The translations under genes and the position numbers were made by a program. From the NCBI RefSeq assembly GCF_009914755.1, contig NC_060925.1: DNA of 64,000 nt; one strand, given 5' to 3'. Every line of letters starts with the position of its first letter. Position 1 is the first letter of the stretch. Below, in pieces: positions 61,044-64,000 of the stretch. The DNA is from the human T2T-CHM13v2.0 reference genome, Homo sapiens. A model generated the notes under the pieces. It saw only the letters and a program-made list of their open reading frames with translations, was not told where the DNA came from and did no database searches.

Positions 61044-62285
61044 TGTTGGGACTCAGAAAATGATACCCCAAAGTGAAAGCCGCTGAGGCAGTTTTTCTCT
61101 GACCTCTGCCCTCCTGTCTCTCATCCCTCATTCTCCCTCGAGGCAAGTCATGGAAATTAGAATCCCTCCTCCCCAAAGTGGGTCATAGAAACCAGAACCC
61201 CTTTTTTGCAAAGCCAGCTATAAAACCTAAACATACTACTCTAACTGTTATAGTAGGTAGTCAGACATAAACAGGGCAGGAGAGCCCTGCCAATCCCACC
61301 AGGAATGTCAGGCGACCATCAGATGAAGGTCAGGCAGTTGTTAAACTGTCTTGCTAAAACAATTGGTTGCAGCTGGTGCCAGGGAATGGCAGTCTTCCTG
61401 TTCCTCATAGAAAACACCTGAAACTGGTGACCAGCAGCTTCTTTATACGATCTCAGGAGGTGGGCTACTGGGCTCAAGCATGTGCACTAAGATGCAAATG
61501 GTTGGACTTTAACTGGTAAATAACCTTCCTCTGGGAACACTAAACTGACGCCTCAAGTGAGCATGCGCACAGCTCCAGGAAACAAAATGTGTGTGTGGCC
61601 CCTCCCAAGTGCTGGCAGCCCACTGCACTTGTGGGCAGCCCACCCCAAGGGAAGAATCAGGCGAGAAGAGATGCAAACCTCAGAAGCATGCCAATGTAGA
61701 AAACCCCAAGTCAAAGGTCAAACCATGCACTTGAAGCCCTCCAGTCGTCCGCTTGACCCTCTTCCAAGTGTACTTTACTTTCTTTCATTTCTGTTCTAAA
61801 ACTTTTTAATAAACTTTCACTCCTACAACCCTTAGTATACCATATGGATTTGCCACTGTTAACATAACCTTCACCCACCTTTCTGTGTAACAGCTGGCCA
61901 TAAAGAAATTAAAACCCTTATTCCAGAGGGGTTCTACCCCGTACCTGGGAGGATGGAATACTACAACACAGGCCAGGGAGTATCTGAACAGAAGGCCTTA
62001 CTAGGTTTCCCTACTCGGATTAGTATCATTAGCTCATACCCTTTTTTTGTCCAATATTATATTGCATTTCTACACAGCTGTCCCTGCCTTATCGAACCTA
62101 AGCATAAAATCAGATAGCTTCCTCTGTATCTTTCGAGCTTGAATCTGAAGGCGCCTATGTTATGTTGAACTATAATCAAATACATTTTTAATATTTTTCT
62201 CTTGTTAACCTTTTTTTTTATAGGGGTGTCAGCTTTGACCTTTATACTGAGAAGGAAAGGAATCAAATTCTTTCTACCTTTATAC
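61044..62285 (+). mobile_element. MER39/MER34-like ERV1 LTR in a COL11A1 intron, split by MER50
   Basis: TGTTGGGACTCAGAAAATGATACCCCAAA start; resumes after 61864; family and end approximate. Confidence 0.55.
61246..61864 (+). mobile_element. MER50-like solo LTR, intronic and antisense to COL11A1
   Basis: TGTTATAGTAGGTAG...TGTTAACA; exact 4-bp TSD TAAC at 61242-61245 and 61865-61868. Confidence 0.8.
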
Positions 62286-63746
62286 TTCCAACTGTTTTTC
62301 ATGCTGCCACTTCATTTGAAATATTTGAATTATATAAGTCCACTGGTTATGAACTTTTAATATTTTAAAAGCTCAAATTGCTTATCTTGGTGCTGGAACT
62401 CTAAACAATGCAATATCAACCTGCTTTATCTTCTGCTACTACTTGTATATAAACAGGAAAAGTATTCTAATAGTCGCATAACTTTAATATCTTTAACAAA
62501 AACATCTATATTTTTTCAGATTATACCATTAATATAATCATGTCTGAAACAAATTAGAATTCCCAGGAAAAAAATACAAGGAAATAAAAAAAATCATCTA
62601 AGATTTTACCAAGTAGAGATAACCACTGTAAACCTTTGATATAGCTTACATGGTTTTTAGGAGTATATAACATTGAATTATCTAAATCATCTACATCTTT
62701 TGCTTAAATAATACCAGTTAAAAGTAAATCTCCTTATAAATCACTAAACTAAATGTATATTTTTCAGATAAACATATTATAAACATGAAGATGTTAGATA
62801 CCAGTTTGTATAGGAACGCTAATAATTACCTGTGTTTTACCTTTAACAGGCTATGCTTGATTAAGATAAGAAGATTTTTGTGACATCCTTTTTTTTATGC
62901 TGGCTGTTTCTGAACTACACTGAACTTTTCTATCTGCATTGAGTTACTTAGATCACAGTTATAACTGACATTATATGATTGGTAGTGCAAAACAATATTT
63001 TCTACAGAGTAAAGGGGAGACAAAATAGTTCAACATGCAGTGGGAAATTTAAAAATCAGATGAAGATCTGCCCCTTGCTACTTTAATAATTGTAAGAGTT
63101 TAGTCAACTAACTTAGCAACCTGAAACTCTTTCTTTCTCTGACCAATAGGTATATAAAGGTTTTGTCAAAGAGTTGGTATGATGAATTATCCTAATTGTT
63201 ATTAGTAAGTAAGCTATTCACAGCTGTTTGGAATATCTGTGGATCAATTAAAGATACATTTTTGCCCCAAGCTATCCCAGTTCTTAATATTCTGTTCACC
63301 AAATCATTGCCAAACTGATAGATCAAATATACATCAGTTATGCCATTTACACATATCCATATATTCATATTAATCTAAAATAATAATCATATTAATGTAA
63401 GTATTCACATTAACATGAAGTTAGTAATCATATTACAATATACACATGTGTGTATACACAGTATTCATTCTGTGATAGTTATTACAAGCAAAGTACATTT
63501 GTGTTAGCTGTAATCATCCAAAAATGATCTTGTCATAATTTAATAAAATCCCATTTAACAGACAAGGATTTTCCAAAGCAAATCTTGATTTATGCAGTAT
63601 AAATGATTTTTTCTGTCTAGAAGATAATTAATAACTGTTTCATTTTATTTAGAGACTGTATTAAACATTTAACTAGAATGAATGAGCTGCCAATGCACCT
63701 CAGAAACTCAGGGGCTCGGTACATTTGCTTTGTCATGTATTATTTA

Positions 63747-64000
<254 letters not shown>

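Overview
Primate (most likely human) genomic DNA. The right end carries the last five coding exons and the 3'UTR of COL11A1 on the minus strand (C-propeptide/COLFI region; stop at 54940-54942, distal tandem AATAAA at 53409-53418). The ~53 kb downstream of the gene is intergenic and mostly transposon-derived. About 1.3-27.4 kb is one deeply nested stack: an ancient L1MC-type LINE holds a 5'-inverted L1MA and a near full-length L1MA2-like LINE. The inverted L1MA in turn holds an LTR10 (split by a full-length dead L1PA) and a two-LTR HERV-K(HML-6) provirus (split by a truncated L1PA that carries a 3' transduction). Further right are an LTR12, two MER50-like LTRs, LTR8A, two THE1 retroelements, MST LTRs and several Alus. 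I see no RNA genes or CRISPR, and no intact ORF apart from the COL11A1 exons. I cannot support a new biological system here. The best second-look items are the 3' transduction, a perfect 111-bp duplication inside an old LINE, a TSD-less LTR12 facing COL11A1, and a recursive-splice-like exon in COL11A1. Subfamily names come from recalled consensus sequences and need Dfam/RepeatMasker confirmation.
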